A stretch of 64,000 nt of DNA from a virus (lineage: Duplodnaviria; Heunggongvirae; Uroviricota; Caudoviricetes), in IMG/VR virus record IMGVR_UViG_3300020045_008999, positions 320,001 through 384,000 of that record, one strand, 5' to 3'. Below the pieces are notes generated by a model. The model was not told where the DNA came from. It saw only the letters and a program-made list of their open reading frames with translations, and did not search any database. Each line of letters opens with the position of its first letter. Positions within the stretch are counted from its first letter, which is position 1. Both the position numbers and the translations under genes were made by a program. Of this stretch, positions 28,939 to 41,200 are shown in pieces.

Positions 28939-31869
28939 ATGGATAAGAAATTATTGGATGCATTAAATAATTTATCGGTAGCACTTGAAGATATTGCTAT
29001 TTTATTAGATGCTAAAAATTCACAAGCAAAGACTGATACCGGTCAAGCATTACAAAAAGGCGAATTTAATAATACTCTTATTTCTATTGAATCTAGCTTA
29101 CGTGATATTAAAAGTGATACCGCTGATATTAAAGATGGGCAGAATACTATTCTTAGTATGTTAAAAAATAATAAGGGAAAAAAAGTAGGTGTTAATGAAA
29201 ATAGAAAAAGAGGCGAGAATGTCAAAAATGCTTCGGGACAAAATAATCCATTTATTGGTGCAGGTGATGAGAATAATAGTAGTCGGATAAAGGATGGACT
29301 GACTTCTATATTATTGATAGCAGTTGGGGTTCTTGCAGTTGGTTTAGCTCTTCGATTAGTGGGTCCGGTGGATGTATTATCAGTTATAGGATTGTCGGTT
29401 GCTATTTTAATTTTGGGTAAAAGTTTTGCAGATATAAGTAAGGTTGAGGGAATGAATGCTCAGAAGATATTAATGGCATCATTGGCTTTAGTGGCCCTAT
29501 CATTTGCCATAGTCGCAGTATCTTACGTTTTGAATAGTGTACAACCAATTTCTGGTTTAAAATTGTTTACCGCGATATTAATTGCTGGTGCATTCACTGT
29601 ATTGTCATTCGGATTGAAGGGATTGGTGCAGGGAACTACTGGACTTAATATGTCTTCGGTGTTGTTATTGCCATTAATTTTGGTGGCGGTATCGGTGGCG
29701 ATAGCTTTATCATCAGAAATTCTACAAAATGTTCAGGTGGTTGGTATTGGTCAATTATTTACCGCGATAATGATTGCTGGGGTATTTACTGTATTATCAT
29801 TTGGAATGGGTAAATTGATGAGTGGTATTTCAAATGTGAAAAATCCAATTGCTGCCATGATAATACTTCCATTGGTTATGATTGGGTTATCATATGCTAT
29901 AATGGAATCATCTAAAATTTTATCAAGAATAGTTCCAATTACACTAGGTAATTTTATCACCGCTGTTGGTATTTCGATATTATTTACGATTGCCGCATTC
30001 GCATTGCCTATAATTAGTAAAGCAATAGAAAACATAAATATTGGGAAGATATTATTACTACCAATAGTTATGACTGCAATGGCTGCAGCGATTACAGCAT
30101 CCTCATGGATATTAGCCGAGGCTAAAACTATTGACCCTGGTAAATTATTCAATATTGTATTGGTTGGGGTGGCAGTTGCTATAATTGGAGTGGCATTAGG
30201 ATTTAGTATGGGGATTGTTGGTAAATATGATCCGAGTACTTTAATAAAAGGTGGATTGAATTTAATTATAATCGCAACCGCAATTGTTGCAGCATCTCAT
30301 ATATTATCACTCGGGAACTATGATACTAAAATTAGCATGGGTTGGGTTGCCGGTATTGGTGGTGCATTATTAGTATTTGGATTAGCCACTGTTGCATTGG
30401 GCGCATTATCATTGACTGGTATTGGTGCGGGTGCTATAATTGCGGGTGCATTAATGACCTTGGTCATTGCTGGGTCTATTGTAGCCACATCACATATTTT
30501 GAGTGGTGGGAATTTCACTGGGGGGCCCAGTGTTGCCTGGTCAACAGCAACCGGATTAGCATTACTTGCGTTCGGTACGTCTAGTATAGCATTGGGTGCA
30601 TTGGTTGTTGGTACATTAGGCATTGGTGCCATTGCATTATCCGCAGGTGTGGTAGCGGTGAATATGATTGCGCAGTCTATTGTAGATGCATCTGTAATTT
30701 TAAATGGTGGTTCATTTTCTGGTGGGCCTACCGCTAAGTGGGCGGGTGGAGTTGCTATTGCACTTGCGGCCTTTTCACCTATATATGCAATGTTAGTTGC
30801 TAATAAAGTAATGAGCATTTTTGGTGGGGGTATAGGACCAGAGGATTTTAATAAAGCAATTGCTACAATATCTAGCGGAATTGTACATAGTGCAGTGATA
30901 TTGAAATCCGGTAATTTTACGGGTGGGCCTACCGCTAAGTGGGCAAGTGGTGTATCTACCGCAATTGGTGCATTCGCTCCGGTATATAAAGTTTTATTGG
31001 CAAATAGTGGATTTTTCAAGAGCGGTGTTTCTATGGATGACTTCAACAATGCTATTGCTACAATATGTAGGGGAATTATATTCAGTGCTACTATATTCAA
31101 TGATGCAAAGGGGGTCTTTAATATAAGTAACGTACCAAGTATGGAGTGGGGTAGAGGCGTTTCTAGTGCAATTGCAGCATTTTCACCAGTTTTTAAATTT
31201 GTATCAGAAAATAGTGGTTTTTTTAGTGGTAATGCTACTGAGAAAATGAATGCTAGTATAAAATCGGTTGCGTGGTCAATCGTTAATGTATCTCGAATAT
31301 TAACATTTGGAAAATGGGGATCCGTTATCCCGGATGGATATGTTAAAAGTATATCTAGTGCAATAACGCAATATATGAATTTGGTAAAGCAAATGGATGG
31401 GTCTAAAAATAATGGTATCATTAATAATTTACTTGGGATAAATTCAGTGGCAGAGAGTATGGTTGATGTATCAAAGGGAATTGATGCACTTGCTAAGTCG
31501 ATGAATAATCTGAATTCATCTATCGATGTTGATAAGATGAATGCTTTAAAAAATTTAACCGGTACCGTTGTTATGATGTCTTTGATGGATAGTGATCAAT
31601 TTGGTAGTATGATGGATAAATTAGAGGAAAAATCTAATGTATTGGCCGGGGTTATTAATTCGATGAGTGGTGAAACAAATTCTAACACATCATCAAATAT
31701 TAGAACACCGAGTTATGGCAATGTGAACAACGGTAAATCGAATGATGATCTTTTCGAGGTATTGACTTCTATGGATAAAAAACTAGGACGTATTTCTGAA
31801 AGTAATAATATAGTTTCAAATTACATTAATTCATTGACTACTAACATACGAATCAAGAAAAAAAATTAA
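28939..31869 (+). CDS. Tape-measure-like protein
   Basis: About 976 aa, long Ala/Gly/Ile-rich hydrophobic helical repeats, repeated F(T/S)GGP.A.W motif; start placed at MDKKLL after TTAATATATA. Confidence 0.7.
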   Translation: MDKKLLDALNNLSVALEDIAILLDAKNSQAKTDTGQALQKGEFNNTLISIESSLRDIKSDTADIKDGQNTILSMLKNNKGKKVGVNENRKRGENVKNASGQNNPFIGAGDENNSSRIKDGLTSILLIAVGVLAVGLALRLVGPVDVLSVIGLSVAILILGKSFADISKVEGMNAQKILMASLALVALSFAIVAVSYVLNSVQPISGLKLFTAILIAGAFTVLSFGLKGLVQGTTGLNMSSVLLLPLILVAVSVAIALSSEILQNVQVVGIGQLFTAIMIAGVFTVLSFGMGKLMSGISNVKNPIAAMIILPLVMIGLSYAIMESSKILSRIVPITLGNFITAVGISILFTIAAFALPIISKAIENINIGKILLLPIVMTAMAAAITASSWILAEAKTIDPGKLFNIVLVGVAVAIIGVALGFSMGIVGKYDPSTLIKGGLNLIIIATAIVAASHILSLGNYDTKISMGWVAGIGGALLVFGLATVALGALSLTGIGAGAIIAGALMTLVIAGSIVATSHILSGGNFTGGPSVAWSTATGLALLAFGTSSIALGALVVGTLGIGAIALSAGVVAVNMIAQSIVDASVILNGGSFSGGPTAKWAGGVAIALAAFSPIYAMLVANKVMSIFGGGIGPEDFNKAIATISSGIVHSAVILKSGNFTGGPTAKWASGVSTAIGAFAPVYKVLLANSGFFKSGVSMDDFNNAIATICRGIIFSATIFNDAKGVFNISNVPSMEWGRGVSSAIAAFSPVFKFVSENSGFFSGNATEKMNASIKSVAWSIVNVSRILTFGKWGSVIPDGYVKSISSAITQYMNLVKQMDGSKNNGIINNLLGINSVAESMVDVSKGIDALAKSMNNLNSSIDVDKMNALKNLTGTVVMMSLMDSDQFGSMMDKLEEKSNVLAGVINSMSGETNSNTSSNIRTPSYGNVNNGKSNDDLFEVLTSMDKKLGRISESNNIVSNYINSLTTNIRIKKKN

Positions 31870-31894
31870 ACTTATTTATTATTTACGCATATAA
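31868..31894 (+). promoter_or_regulatory. AAAC-N18-TATAA promoter
   Basis: Consensus match 5 nt before ATG 31900. Confidence 0.75.
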
Positions 31895-31899
31895 CAGAT

Positions 31900-32328
31900 A
31901 TGGGTAAAATATCAATAATACGTAAAATAAAGCTATTTAAAGAATATCTTAAAATTCTCAAAGATCGTGAAGTAGACTTAGAAAGTGAGTTCTCTGCTAG
32001 AATCGATAAGGTTGGTCGAATATATAAAGTAGTCAATGTACCACCAAATGAAATAGGTACTAACTTCAATCTTAAAAAATCAGACATTGATCGAATTTCA
32101 TTAGGTTATATCAATTTGTACAAAGATAAGTTGGCTCTATATCTAAATAATATAGGATTAATTGAACTTTATTCTGAATATGAAGTCCGTAAAGTAGGCA
32201 AATATAATTATTTGATTGTATTTGGATATTCATTATTCAGAAGTGATAAGATAGTTAAAACCTTATTATATAAAGTCTTGCCAGTTTCAATTGTTCTAAT
32301 TTCCATAATTTGTTATTTTTTTATATAA
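31900..32328 (+). CDS. Hypothetical protein with C-terminal TM anchor
   Basis: 142 aa; AAAC-N18-TATAA promoter. Confidence 0.7.
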   Translation: MGKISIIRKIKLFKEYLKILKDREVDLESEFSARIDKVGRIYKVVNVPPNEIGTNFNLKKSDIDRISLGYINLYKDKLALYLNNIGLIELYSEYEVRKVGKYNYLIVFGYSLFRSDKIVKTLLYKVLPVSIVLISIICYFFI

Positions 32329-32334
32329 TTTTTT

Positions 32335-32361
32335 AAACTTTTTTTATATTAATCTGTATAA
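32335..32361 (+). promoter_or_regulatory. AAAC-N18-TATAA promoter
   Basis: Consensus match. Confidence 0.75.
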
Positions 32362-32390
32362 CTATTAATTAATAATTAAATAATTTAAAA

Positions 32391-32816
32391 ATGGAAGACA
32401 AAGTAAAATTTTATGAAGTATCAGAGGATACAGTGGACAAGTTTATGGAAGTGTATAACACTAAAACATTCGGAAATGGTATTGGTTTTGATTTCATCGG
32501 AAATGCTAAACAAAAGACAATGATTTTGGTAACTGTAATCCCACCAAGGTATGCATTCAAATTGAATAAAGAAGTTTCGGTTTCTATTAATGAAGATTTA
32601 ATGGATGCTTTTGGAGATGATGAGACTGTGACTATCTTAATCGAACAAGAGTTGGATAAGTTAAGTTTTGACTTGAAAACTGGTGAAGTTAAAATGAACA
32701 AGCACCGTTTAATCACATCACCTGGTTTGGTTAACAAATATGGAATTGATAAAGTTGGTAGAGCCAATAGTATTGACGAATTGGCGGTAAAGCAGTACGC
32801 TGATGAATTGTTGTAA
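32391..32816 (+). CDS. Hypothetical protein (possible inactive phage metallopeptidase-like fold)
   Basis: ILIEQELDK sits where HExxH would be; AAAC-N18-TATAA promoter. Confidence 0.5.
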   Translation: MEDKVKFYEVSEDTVDKFMEVYNTKTFGNGIGFDFIGNAKQKTMILVTVIPPRYAFKLNKEVSVSINEDLMDAFGDDETVTILIEQELDKLSFDLKTGEVKMNKHRLITSPGLVNKYGIDKVGRANSIDELAVKQYADELL

Positions 32817-32841
32817 TAAAAATTAAAAATTAAAAAACGAA

Positions 32842-33495
32842 ATGGGTAAAGAGAATATTGAAACGCATGTGAATAAACCAGCAATGGTTTTGTTTTCAGG
32901 GGAACAAGAAATGAGATTAATTTCAGTTGAAAATGAAACTGAATTGGACCAATTGATCGTAAATGTTGAAACGTTTATGCGCGAAAGTGTTGGGTTTGGT
33001 AAGACGGATGAGGAAAAAGATCAGTTGTATGCGGATGCGATTTCTAGATGGAAAGAATACGCAACAGCATTAAGAGAAGTGAAATTTTCATTTTATTTGA
33101 ACCGAAAACAATATCAATTTTTAACTGATTTGTTACTTAAAAAGTTGGAATATAACATGGATACTATTTTTATAGCTATTGAGTTAACTAACATGTTAGG
33201 TAGTTGGAAAGCAAAATCTGGTCACGATGACGACAGAAGTCTTAAAGTGTATGAGGCAACTTCGAGTGAGGTAACTTATATGTATCATTTGATCTCAAAA
33301 TACGTTACCAAAGGACTTGATGCAAATGCATATACTTTTGCTGAGGTTTTGCGTAAAATTGGTGATATTTCTAAAATAATTAACTATTATGATGGAAATG
33401 CAAAAAGTATTTCTGGCGAAATTCAAACTTGGGTTGCAGCATTTGAACCGGAAACTACATTACTTGAAAATGAATTAGTGTTAGAAAGTGAATAA
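32842..33495 (+). CDS. Hypothetical protein
   Basis: 217-aa helical ORF. Confidence 0.75.
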   Translation: MGKENIETHVNKPAMVLFSGEQEMRLISVENETELDQLIVNVETFMRESVGFGKTDEEKDQLYADAISRWKEYATALREVKFSFYLNRKQYQFLTDLLLKKLEYNMDTIFIAIELTNMLGSWKAKSGHDDDRSLKVYEATSSEVTYMYHLISKYVTKGLDANAYTFAEVLRKIGDISKIINYYDGNAKSISGEIQTWVAAFEPETTLLENELVLESE

Positions 33496-33520
33496 AGATT
33501 TTTTGTAAAGGTGAGTTTTT

Positions 33521-33558
33521 GGAAAAGTTCGATGTATTTATATACATCGAACTTTTCC
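33521..33558. terminator. 17-bp inverted repeat spanning the glycosyltransferase stop codon
   Basis: GGAAAAGTTCGATGTAT-TTAT-ATACATCGAACTTTTCC. Confidence 0.65.
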
Positions 33559-35214
33559 GTTTATAAATCCCCAATATTTATATTGCACCGCTTTAATATC
33601 GTCTAGAATATTATTCACATTTTGAATGTGTCTAGTGTCCTTCATTCCACCTTTATCTGAAACTGCAAATTTAAATTCATTACAAGGTATTACTTTAGGT
33701 GAGTTGTAATGGAAAAATTGATTTATATAACTTTCATCGTTTACTGCTGGTTCGTAATTGATCAGTTTATCTGAAATTTGATTATCATACAGTACCTTGC
33801 ACATTTTAAGTACTTGATCGGATTTGCCCCCGAAAAAAGCACCGTAATAGTAAGTTTGTGGTAGTGTGGTATCATGTGGTATATATGCCCTTGAGGCAGG
33901 GTTTCTATCATAATTTTTACACAAACTATCTTTGTTTATAAAATGCTCACCACCCACTAAATCACCCATGAACCAAGACTCATCGAAGTCCAAAAGTATA
34001 TTAGTATCTGCATCAAAATAATAAATGTGATCACCATAGGTATCCATTGATAATATATTTGAAAATTTGGAATTGGTCCCATCTACCCAATTATAATTTT
34101 CAAAGTGTGTTTTTTTGACTAAATATTTTCCATGATCATAATTATGTAAATATTCATCTATTTCTATATCACTGAAAATATTAAATATTATTTTACTATT
34201 GCCTTTATAGAATCTTATAAAATTATTTATAAACCTGATTCCTAGTACTGAGTAACTATTGGTGCATATTAATACGATCGATATGGTGTTAGTTAAGAAA
34301 CTTTTCGCACCGACTTCTTGTACATATTTATAATAGTTATACGCACATACATTTGTGTTTAGATTTTCTAAATTCAAATTATATGGTAGTGTATTAGTGA
34401 AATTGTTTTTAAAAAACATACTTTCATTATTAGTAACCCCCGCATTATGATACATTGCTCGTGAATTCCACTCAGTGATTGGTGTTGTTGACCAATTGAA
34501 ATTCATATTTGGATCACATATAGTATTATATCCACGTTTCCAAGCATTCCAAAGAACTGCCCACATATCAGCACACCAAATTTGTATTTCGTGATATGAT
34601 GGATCCGCAGCTTTTTTCATATTGTTCAATTTAGTAATCTCTATGAATAAATTTTCACAATCAAGATAAACATCATGCCAATATTCTGCATTGATGTTTT
34701 TCATGATATATTGAGCACCTCCACTATTTTGTTGATTTTGCTTAACAATATCTTTGCTTATATCACAAATATCACACATTAGATCTAATACATCTTCACC
34801 CTTAGAAAGTATGTAATCATGCCCTATGTATGATATGGTGTCAGAAACGTACCAGTCATCTGTATTTTCATATTCCAAGGATTTTAGTGACTTAGTGAAT
34901 ACTATATCAGAATCATGATAGATGAGCGTAGTGGATGCTAGACTAGGCATGGAAATGAAATGTTTTTCTAAAAGATGTGGTCTAATTGATGATATATATC
35001 CGGGGTTTAGTCGTGTATCGTCGTAATAAAAAAATTGCACACTTGGGTACCTAAGTTCTAATAAATTCCATTTATTCAAGACACTAGGTACATGTGAGTT
35101 ATCACATATGATATGTATGACATTTTCTGGCAAATGTTCTAATATGCTATTTATTACAACTTCCACTTGCCAAGTATAGTAGTCTATTTTAGGCTGAACA
35201 ATTAAATGTATCAT
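33538..35214 (-). CDS. Bifunctional glycosyltransferase: HPAT/SERGT-like N-domain + GT6 C-domain
   Basis: N-domain YYTWQ, DSDIVF, GGAQY, WCADMWA; C-domain YFDAD, YYYGAFFGG, AVNDESYINQFF (GT6 signatures). Confidence 0.8.
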   Translation of the reverse strand: MIHLIVQPKIDYYTWQVEVVINSILEHLPENVIHIICDNSHVPSVLNKWNLLELRYPSVQFFYYDDTRLNPGYISSIRPHLLEKHFISMPSLASTTLIYHDSDIVFTKSLKSLEYENTDDWYVSDTISYIGHDYILSKGEDVLDLMCDICDISKDIVKQNQQNSGGAQYIMKNINAEYWHDVYLDCENLFIEITKLNNMKKAADPSYHEIQIWCADMWAVLWNAWKRGYNTICDPNMNFNWSTTPITEWNSRAMYHNAGVTNNESMFFKNNFTNTLPYNLNLENLNTNVCAYNYYKYVQEVGAKSFLTNTISIVLICTNSYSVLGIRFINNFIRFYKGNSKIIFNIFSDIEIDEYLHNYDHGKYLVKKTHFENYNWVDGTNSKFSNILSMDTYGDHIYYFDADTNILLDFDESWFMGDLVGGEHFINKDSLCKNYDRNPASRAYIPHDTTLPQTYYYGAFFGGKSDQVLKMCKVLYDNQISDKLINYEPAVNDESYINQFFHYNSPKVIPCNEFKFAVSDKGGMKDTRHIQNVNNILDDIKAVQYKYWGFINGKVRCI

Positions 35215-35232
35215 GATATATTTATATATTTT

Positions 35233-38200
35233 TTATACTGAGCAGATAGTATTTATCGAAATGACACCTATATTATCGATATAACACACTCTTGAACCCT
35301 CAACCTCAGTCCATAGTGATAGTGCTAGATTGTAATATTTATAGTCACCATTAAATGGTGTTATACCATCTAGTTCATACATTACATCACCAGAAGTAAT
35401 TTGATTGTTATTTTGTGTAGCTATTTTACAATCGGTCGTGATAGGGATCATACATATATCAGTTTCGCTAGTAGTTAAATACCCTTGCCCGCTTCGTAAT
35501 GCAGATACTGTTACTGGAGCAGGTTCTGGGCACGTTGTTACCTCAAAAGTACCACCTGGCCAAGTTATGTCATTACCACTAGCTATATCATACATAATTA
35601 TGGCAGTAGTTGAGCATATGTAATGTTTGAATGTGCCATCCAAGTTGTCTTCAACAAGTAACGTGGTTAATGGAACACTCATTAAACTTCCGCCATCTGG
35701 TGTATATCGAACACCTACATTTTCTACTGGTTCACTTCCATCGGTGATCATTGCGTAACAAGTTTCCGAGCCTACGCAAGTATCACAGTAGCATCCACCA
35801 CCCACTTCAAATGTAGCTAAAATGCTATTAGAGATTATTAAAGGATTGTCCGCGCTTATCAATCTAAATGTTGTATTTTGTGTAATATCAAATCCACATC
35901 GAGGGCTTAAATAACTTCCTGGTGTTGAAATCCAAGAAGATCCACCATTATAACTTTCTTCAACAATTATACCGGATGGTACTGGTCCGGTTATCGTGAA
36001 GTACAAACATCCGGATAAGTATGAATCCAAAGTAATTGAGGTTGGTGCCGCAGTAGTTGTACTCGTAGTGCTCGTAGTGCTCGTGGTAGTCGTTGTCGGT
36101 GGCGCAGTGGTTGTACTGGTAGTAGTTGTTATTTCAACTACTGATGCACTCAATATATCGAAATAACAGTTAGGTGGTGTTGTAGTTGTACTAGTAGTTG
36201 TACTAGTAGTAGTTGTACTAGTAGTAGTTGTACTTGGTGGTACCAATGGTGGAGGTATTCCTAGTCTAACCGGTAACGGATCCACTTCAATTATCGATAC
36301 GACATCGGTAAGATCTTTGGTTCCTCTAATTTCATAATTCTTGATCATTTTGTAAATTTGTCCGTATCCATTATCACTTGTTATATTAATATTAATATAT
36401 GGGTCTAAATTGGAATCAATTACAATATGAAAAGGTTCTAGAGTAGTTCGAAATTCTTTTATAGTTTGTACCGGAACATAATCAACTTCTTTCCACTCAG
36501 TGATATTGCGCCAATTGCTGGTGTCTGTCAATGGACTGGCAGCCGGTTGATTTTCAAGTTCAAATGTGTTCCCGGCGAATGTTAATTGAAAGTAAAGATC
36601 TGCATATCTTACGATGTCATTTGTTTTATAATTAACATCGCTTGACCATTTACTAGTGTTTGTATATCTTCGTGGATCCTTAACACGGTTTTTCCCGGGT
36701 AATACTGATTCATATATAAAATTATAATAACTAACTTTATCGCCTGTGTTGTAGGTCTGGAATGGACTCCATTCTTTTTCTGTTTTATATGTAGTTACGT
36801 CAATTGTGAAATAATCTGGTACACTCCCACTTACTGAAAAGTCAACAACAACATCATATACAGTGCTACCGCTATTTATTGGCATTAGATAACACTCGTG
36901 TATGTCAAAATTAATTGGCGACATCGATTCTCTGATATATGATGACTTGGTATCGTAACATTTGTGTACAATTGACGATGTATTGACAAAATCCATCTGT
37001 CCAGTAATATCCATTATTTCGTGTGACATCGGTATTACATTATCTTGTAACCAGTATTTAAGTCCTTGTAATTTAATAAGAACTTCCCTCAATGAGTATG
37101 ATAGAATGTTATTACCATCTTTGTCAGTTATGCGGTAAGCTAAATTGAATAAGTTGGTGTCTTCATAATTGGAATTAGGCATAGTTTGTTTAATATAGTC
37201 ACTCTCATTCCATCCGATCACTGAATTATCGAATATATCTGGTATTTCTACTTTATATAAATCACCAAAAGCGGTAGATGTTGTGTCTATATTTCTATAG
37301 TATTCATATAATTCTAAATCGTTATAACCGAAGTAATTAATTGCGTTTATAATTGCTTTATACGACCCAATATATGGATAAATTTCATGTCGATTGATTA
37401 GTAATTCTTTTCTTTTTTTATTCAAATAGATCCAGTCGATTCCTTGTTCATTGATATCATAGTCTTTAAAAATGTATGTATCGTTTACTGATATATTCTG
37501 GCCAACATTATCCAACTCTAATTTAAACCTAATATCTTCAATTTCGGTTTGTCCGGTTACGGTGAAAGAAGCTATTTCTTTTTCTATTACACGTATTGAT
37601 GTATCAAGGTATAATGTTTCACCGTGATAGTCAGAGATGACATTTGATTCCTTATTCATGTTACCGTTAGTGAAATCGATTATTATGATTCGATTGTATA
37701 ATTCTCGTATTTTGAATATTAAATGATTGTTGTTTGAAATATATTTATCTGACGTGTTTATAGTATCATACAATAATATTGAAATCATTTGACCTACTTT
37801 TAAACCGGTTACTGATCCATCATCATGTGTTAAAAAATTACTTGAACTATTATTGTTCAATTTTAAAATACCATATCCATTTATTACTTCTAAATCTAAT
37901 TGGTTATTAGTATCCGCATTATTTACTATTGTCCAAATAATTTCTTCTTTCTCATATATTTTTAAAATATTAGATTTAACCCCCTCATTAATATCATTAT
38001 GTCCAATGAATAATTCAATTGGTTCTGGTAGGAAACTTAAATTTGTATCACTATCTACAAAATCAAGCTTATGTAAAATTTCTTCAAAAATGGTTTGCTG
38101 GAATTCTGATTTAGTAATTTTATTAATGTCCTTATTGCCAGAACGATTTAGGGTGATTAATGGTAGTGGTTTTTCACCAATGTATGCGAGTGATCCAGAG

Positions 38201-41200
38201 GTACTTAATTGGTCGCCGGATATATCGTATAAAAATATTTCCGGTGTAGTGTCATCTACCCACTTAGTATTGTACAACATTTGAGCATCACCTATGAAAT
38301 TAGCACGTGGCCGTCTTATATAGTCATGTGTATTTAACCATATGTATTCTGGTTGGGTATAATCCGGTGACAAACTACCAAATTGACCATCGACGATTGA
38401 ACTGTTAATATCCGGATTTAACACCAGATTTAAGTTTATGGTGGTTGATAATTCAATTATTCTACTATCAACACTTTGAATACCCATCATAGTATTTCTA
38501 TCAGGGTTGAATATTAATTTAGTAGCGTTATTGGAAAGTGATTTTATTTCTTCTATGTGTCCGGTAACTGAATTGATTACCACAATACTACGCGATCCAT
38601 CCGTTGTGGTTATATAAATATAACCATCATATTGATTCATGTATATATCACCAATATTTGCAATATTTGAAAAATTATTAGTTCCGGTAGAAGTGATTAT
38701 CACATCTGTATTGGTTATTATGTCACCTGTCAGATTGTTGTGTAATACATAATTATTGGTCCCTGAAATTGTAGGGGTTTGTGTTAATGTTCCATTTGAA
38801 ATGTAGTATAAGTAATCTGATCCGAATACATAAACGCGATGATCATAATTATCATATATCATTTCACTTTCAATAAATAATGGCACAATGTAGGTTTCAT
38901 CCAATGCCCTGGTATTGCCATCAATTGAAATTACACCACCGGTCGAATTGATGTACATGTTATTTTCGTACTTATTGAAAATAATATTAACGCATCTGTT
39001 AGTAGTATTGCTCGTGTAGATGTTATTGTAGATATCAATAATTATGAAACCTAAGTCATGTGTTATATAAACATCACCATTGATGGTATTTATTGCCATC
39101 TTGTTTGGTACTATGCTTAATGTTATCGTTTTACTATTGATTATTGTGTTTAGAATTGGATCTACTGTGTACAATTTATTATTGGTTAATACCATCACAT
39201 AACTAGTTACTGAATTATAATAAAGGCACTTGCTATTGTTATTATTTGGTATGTCTATGGTACCAGTTGAGACATTATTAAGTGAATCGATGATTGTTAT
39301 ATTATTACCTAGTACGTATATAGTATTGGAAATTCCCAAATAAATCACATCAACCATATTATATGAATCGATATTATATGTACTCATATCATATGTATTC
39401 CCTGGTGTATATTCTAATAAAAACTCAGATGAGGCGAAGTCATTATTAAATTCACCGGAAAGTACCGTTGGTTCTGGTATAGCACATGCATCCCCCTCAA
39501 ACCCATTATTAAATGCAATAGTGATAAAGGGTGATTGCCAGCAAGAATCCCCGTTGGTGTCCCAAAATGGTCCTTGGTAGCTAAGATTTATAACATGTGG
39601 TTCCAACGATAATATATTATAGTCCTGATTATTGAAAGGGTAGGTGGTGTTATTAACCCCCACGATCATACCCGTCGCAAACCCAGAATTTTCAAAAGAA
39701 ACTTCTGATAAATTAGATAATATAATAGAATTGCTAGTTATTATAGCACCCGAATTTCCTTTATTTTTATGAATTATATTAAACAGGTTATCACCCGGAA
39801 TGTCCAGTTTGCTTGTGGTTACCACTACGTCATTATTCAATGTAGTTTGTTCTTTCGTATCAAAATACAATGCATTATTTATATTTGAGACAATTACACC
39901 ATATTCCATTAATTCACTTTGGTATTTAGTAACCCAATTCGTTAAGGTTTGTTGTACATTCGCGATTGGTGAATTTGTACCTATTTGATATTCTTTACCT
40001 AGTACTCTTATTGATAATGAGCTTCCCATATCTTTGAATATGATTAAAGTATCTTCTATGTAAAAATTAGCAACGGTACCAACTTCTACTTCAAAATCAA
40101 TTGAAACGTTCGGGTAGAATGAGTTTAAACTGATTGTATTGTAATATAATTGATTATTCGAACGTATGGATTTTAATACACAAGTGATTCCTAGTGCATA
40201 TAAGCGTACATAATTTTTACTTAACCAATTTCTTATGGTTTTATCAATTGATCGTTCTAAGTCTAGGATATTAGCGTTATAAATGCCCACAAAGTCTTCT
40301 CTATATGGCATTCCATTTATAGTTATGAGAATTCCATATTCGCTGATGTCGGTAAATACAATATTCGTGTTGGTTTGTTCTGAAATGTTTGTAACTTTCT
40401 CGGTAGTTAATTCTTCTCGAACTGATATAAGACGCTCTATCGAAGTATCTATCGTTGTTATATCTAGGTTATCCAATTTATACTTGACGTCAGCCCAATT
40501 ATCTGAATAGATTAATCTGGACACAATCTTACCATTTAATACTAATAGATCAATATTCAACAAGTTAAAATCACTTTTCCATTTTTCTACAAACGTTGCC
40601 GCAGTTTTGACTGCTGTTGTATCAAATGCATGATTATATGTAAATATGTGCGACGTTAAATACACGTTAGATGAAATGGTTTCGTTGGTCAATGTAGTAT
40701 CCACCGCGATGTAAGTGATGTTACTTGACCAATATTCTTCGTCGGAAGGTGTTATTATAGAATTTGCATATTGAGTGTAGGCTTTGAAACATTGGTATAT
40801 TTTATTATTGAATATAACTTGTGCACCAACTATATAATCAGTGCTGCCAATATTAGAGCTAAATTTCCCAATTTGTGACACATTTATACTATGAGTATTT
40901 AGTATCGAGTCTATTTTAAATGATCTCCCCGGTAATAGTGTTTTCGGAACACCATCTAAGAAATAAACAATATTATCATTGATAACTAACCCACCATAAT
41001 ATATGTTTGGGTTATTTGTTTTCATGGTCACTGTCACCGTTAGGTCCTCTGTTATCTGTTGTATAGGACAAGTGTATTTGTAATTTATTTTATCAAGTAA
41101 TTCATAATTATCAACGGTAACTACCATATTATTTGATTCCGTGCCAATTAGATTCAACTTGCGGCCATTGTATAACATTTCGTAAAAATTAGGCTCGGAC

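Noticed and set aside
30318-31421. 367-aa antisense ORF (and 29751-30152)
   Set aside because: Shadow of the Ala/Gly-rich tape-measure-like gene; no promoter or recognisable motifs.
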